Positions 59,351 through 62,097 of a stretch of DNA of 62,097 bases are shown one piece after another. The DNA is taken from positions 1-62,097 of the IMG/VR virus record IMGVR_UViG_3300023181_000031; one strand, 5' to 3'. This stretch comes from a virus. Its lineage: Duplodnaviria > Caudoviricetes. Below the pieces are notes generated by a model that had not been told where the DNA came from, made no database searches, and saw only the letters and a list, made by a program, of their open reading frames with translations. Positions within the stretch are counted from its first letter, which is position 1, and every line of letters starts with the position of its first letter. Made by a program: the position numbers and the translations under genes.

Positions 59351-59985
59351 TAAACTTTAGCTCCTGTAATACCTGATTGATTTTGATACTTACCTTTTCT
59401 ATCAGCGTAAGTAATACTAGGCTTTTCACCTTTAAAAAATAATACTTGTCCACAACCCTCATTAACATAAACTTTCATAAAATTGTCACTAGGGTTAGTT
59501 AATTCTAGTGTTATCTGTCCAAAAAAAGTCGGTTCAAAAGTTGTAGAATTTAAGTTAAGTGATATCCTCGCTAAAGTACTTTTACAAGTACATAAACACA
59601 TAATATTATCAGGTATATCAAAAGTTTCTATAGTATGACCTAAAGCGAAACTATGAGGCGGTAAAATAACATATTCACCTGTATCATCTTTATTAATTTC
59701 TAACTCATAAAAAATACTTTCATCAAAATTCTTAGGATCAAGGATAATATCAGGATTAGCAAATACTTTAACAGTCGGTGCGAGTCTGATATCATAACCA
59801 AACGAGGAAACACCATAACTTAGTATTTTTTCACCATGCTCATTAACATTAATACTTTCAGATACAAAAGGCGTTATCATACCTTTTTGACCTAATTCTA
59901 TTATCTGAATATCATTTAAAATACCTCTTTCTTTTAAAGCTTCAATTTTTAAATGTAAATATTGGGAATCATTTATTAATGTCAT
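59350..59985 (-). CDS. dcd: dCTP deaminase
   Basis: SYGVSSFGYDIRL, CKSTLAR, FEP.F.GQITLE, YADRKGKYQNQSG. Confidence 0.95.
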   Translation of the reverse strand: MTLINDSQYLHLKIEALKERGILNDIQIIELGQKGMITPFVSESINVNEHGEKILSYGVSSFGYDIRLAPTVKVFANPDIILDPKNFDESIFYELEINKDDTGEYVILPPHSFALGHTIETFDIPDNIMCLCTCKSTLARISLNLNSTTFEPTFFGQITLELTNPSDNFMKVYVNEGCGQVLFFKGEKPSITYADRKGKYQNQSGITGAKV

Positions 59986-59986
59986 A

Positions 59987-60316
59987 TTATTTAATCTCGC
60001 TTATGATGGTATCTAATTTAGTTATTATTTCATCTGAACACTTTTCATATAAAGATAAATTTGTAAAATAATTTCTTACTTTTTTTCTTTTTAGTTGATT
60101 AGCCACAGTTTTAAAATCGTGTTCTTCAGCTATTTTAACAATATAATCTGACATAGGTTGATAAGGTTTAATTGATCCATTTGTATTAGAAAATTTTAAA
60201 TTTTTAACCTGTATAAATGTTTTACCTATTTTTGTAACATCATCAATATAATTATCACGATATCGGGAACTTATTAAAACCTTATCGCCTACTTTAATAT
60301 TTTTAAAATCAATCAT
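59987..60316 (-). CDS. Hypothetical beta-barrel protein
   Basis: NIKVGDKVLI..VTKIGKTFIQV. Confidence 0.6.
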   Translation of the reverse strand: MIDFKNIKVGDKVLISSRYRDNYIDDVTKIGKTFIQVKNLKFSNTNGSIKPYQPMSDYIVKIAEEHDFKTVANQLKRKKVRNYFTNLSLYEKCSDEIITKLDTIISEIK

Positions 60317-60480
60317 TATTTTTAATCTCTTCTATTTTAATATCATCATGGTTTATATCAAATTCATTTCTAATAACTTCATAAAGACTATCTTTAGTTA
60401 CATCTTTTAATTCTTCTATATTTAAATCTTGGTAATCTTCAACTGTTAGAATCAAACTTACTTTAAATTTATTTATCATT

Positions 60481-60753
60481 TTAATTCATCTCTTCTATTA
60501 CTTCTATATTTTGACTAGGTTCAAACTGGTAACTTTCACCAACCTCTAAAATTGATCTTTTTGTTGTTTGTAAAACTGTCATAATAAAACAACAACGCTT
60601 AGAATCATAAGATATTTTAAATACATTTCCTTTTTTACCTACTATTGAATTACTCTTTATAGGTTTTCCATTAATATCATTAACACCTAAATTAATAGAA
60701 ATTTCATTATTAATTAAAATATTTTCTATTTCACTATCACAATATTTACGCAT
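60481..60753 (-). CDS. Degenerate YopX-like protein
   Basis: LGVNDINGKPI..IV..IEVI. Confidence 0.5.
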   Translation of the reverse strand: MRKYCDSEIENILINNEISINLGVNDINGKPIKSNSIVGKKGNVFKISYDSKRCCFIMTVLQTTKRSILEVGESYQFEPSQNIEVIEEMN

Positions 60754-60755
60754 AA

Positions 60756-61953
60756 TTACACCTTAAAAATATCACTAACAATATCAAACACTTGATTTAA
60801 AATATCTAACTCGTGCATTATTTGCAATCTGCTTTTTTTAATACCCCTCATTTCATAATTACTTTTTCTAAGAGGAATATTAAAACCTAATCTATCGTAA
60901 ATCTCTTTATCTAATTTATACCAAGCTTCTTGATTTTCCTTATCTCCTGGATTATCAAACTTAGTAACAACATATTTACGAATAACAGCTAATATCTTTT
61001 TACTTAAAGGAGCTTCAATTGCTGTATTATTTGAGTACTCTACATCTTTTAAATTATCTAATAACTCTTTCTTTTCAACTTCCTGACGTTCTAAAGTATT
61101 TTCTACATTTTCTAATCTGCCATTAATTAAACTTAATTTAGCCTCTTGATCTTTTAAAGCTTGCAACTGACTAGTAAATAAATCAATCGCTGTTACTGGC
61201 TTAGTTTGTGCTAATTGCTCACTCATTTCTTCAAATTTATCAAGATATTTTTCTTTAAATTTAACAGCCTTTTCACCTGTAAAACTAAAAGCTAATAAAC
61301 TAAATCCTTTTTCTGTCATTTCAAACATACGGATTTGTTTATTTTGCTCACTGGTATAAAAGGACGGTGCAAAATTACGCTCTCTAAATTTTTCGGTACA
61401 TTCTAACAAATCTAAGGCACGTAATACAGATTTATGTTCCTTATTAAATACCATAGATACATAAAGAGTATTAGTAACTAACTTTCCATCTTTTTCATAA
61501 ACTATATTATTTTGATTAGGGGTAAATAAGTCTTGATCTACATTAACTAAACCGTTATCTATTTCTTTTAACTCATCTACTAATTCTAAATTACTAAGAT
61601 AAAACGTACCTACAGATTTACCATCATTAAAAATAACTTCTGTAATTTCTTTGTTTAAAAAATTAATTTTACCAATTTCATCAAAACAACTATTCTTTTT
61701 ATCAATTATTTTTACTTTACTTCCAATTTTAAACAACTCAGGATTATATTTTCTTAAACTTGTAAAAATAAACTCAGCAACAACATTAACATCTTTCATT
61801 TGAACAAAGTATCTACCATTAGATAAAACATCTTTAATAGTACCTACAGAGCCGTAAAAGTTTGTATATTCATTATCTATAACAACTAAATCACCAACTT
61901 TAAAACCTTTGTTTGTTTCAACTTCTTTAACGGGTTCTTGCTCTACTAACTCT
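60756..61953 (-). CDS. C-terminal part of the junction-spanning protein: KOW modules 5-6, Rha domain, coiled coil
   Basis: FKVGDLVVI, FKIGSKVKI; Rha motif VTNTLYVSMVFNKEHKSVLR..NFAPSFY..FEMTEKGFSLL..FTGEKAVKFKEKY..FEEM. Confidence 0.9.
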
Positions 61954-62097
61954 AAATTATCTTGATGATAATTAAAAGCTTGACCATCAATATTTACAAT
62001 CGCAAAATTATGAAAAACATCACTTTCAAATCTTGATATAATTCCTACTTGATTATATTCTGGACAACCTTTATTACTACCCTAACTTTATCGCCTA
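61954..62097. repeat. Terminal direct repeat, right copy
   Basis: Matches 1-145 with a 1-bp deletion. Confidence 0.95.

Noticed and set aside
3771-59468. Track ORFs 3771, 6540, 6721, 9775, 35479, 39502, 40008, 40764, 43947, 44697, 46462, 49287, 51868, 56701, 57898 and 59280
   Set aside because: Antisense or out-of-frame overlaps of better-supported genes, with no RBS and shadow-like composition
1-62097. Integrase, att/dif site, protelomerase or stop-codon reassignment
   Set aside because: No catalytic recombinase motifs or convincing dif consensus seen; conserved genes are intact in the standard code and TAA, TAG and TGA all act as stops

Overview
Apparently complete, circularly permuted genome of a very AT-rich tailed dsDNA phage, most likely a siphovirus. 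Bases 1-145 repeat at 61954-62097 with a 1-bp indel. Modules: (1) replication: CopG-like RHH, initiator with internal iterons, DnaB, DNA methylase. (2) a divergent XRE switch and early operon: Cys-rich micro-ORFs, Sak/Rad52 annealase, dUTPase. (3) a small-RNA cluster: tRNA-like element, tRNA-Arg(ACG), Acb2/Tad1-like hairpin protein. (4) an operator-controlled small-gene module punctuated by three RNase III-like hairpins. (5) two long blocks of small hypothetical genes. (6) a late operon: PBSX-type terminase, Mu-like portal and protease-scaffold, capsid, tail with a -1 frameshifted chaperone, 2094-aa tape measure protein, fibres, M15 endolysin, holin. (7) nucleotide metabolism: ThyX with a GIY-YIG endonuclease, dCTP deaminase, PD-(D/E)XK nuclease. 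No integrase, polymerase or ParA was recognised. Best novelty candidates: a membrane-anchored response-regulator receiver protein inside the lysis cassette; a 766-aa HTH + six-KOW + Rha protein that crosses the sequence junction and is missed by the ORF track; a late-leader RNA whose loop is complementary to the AAAGGTAAA ribosome-binding motif of the early/middle genes; and a thyX apparently replaced by a homing-endonuclease/thyX cassette. All family calls are by eye, with no database searches.
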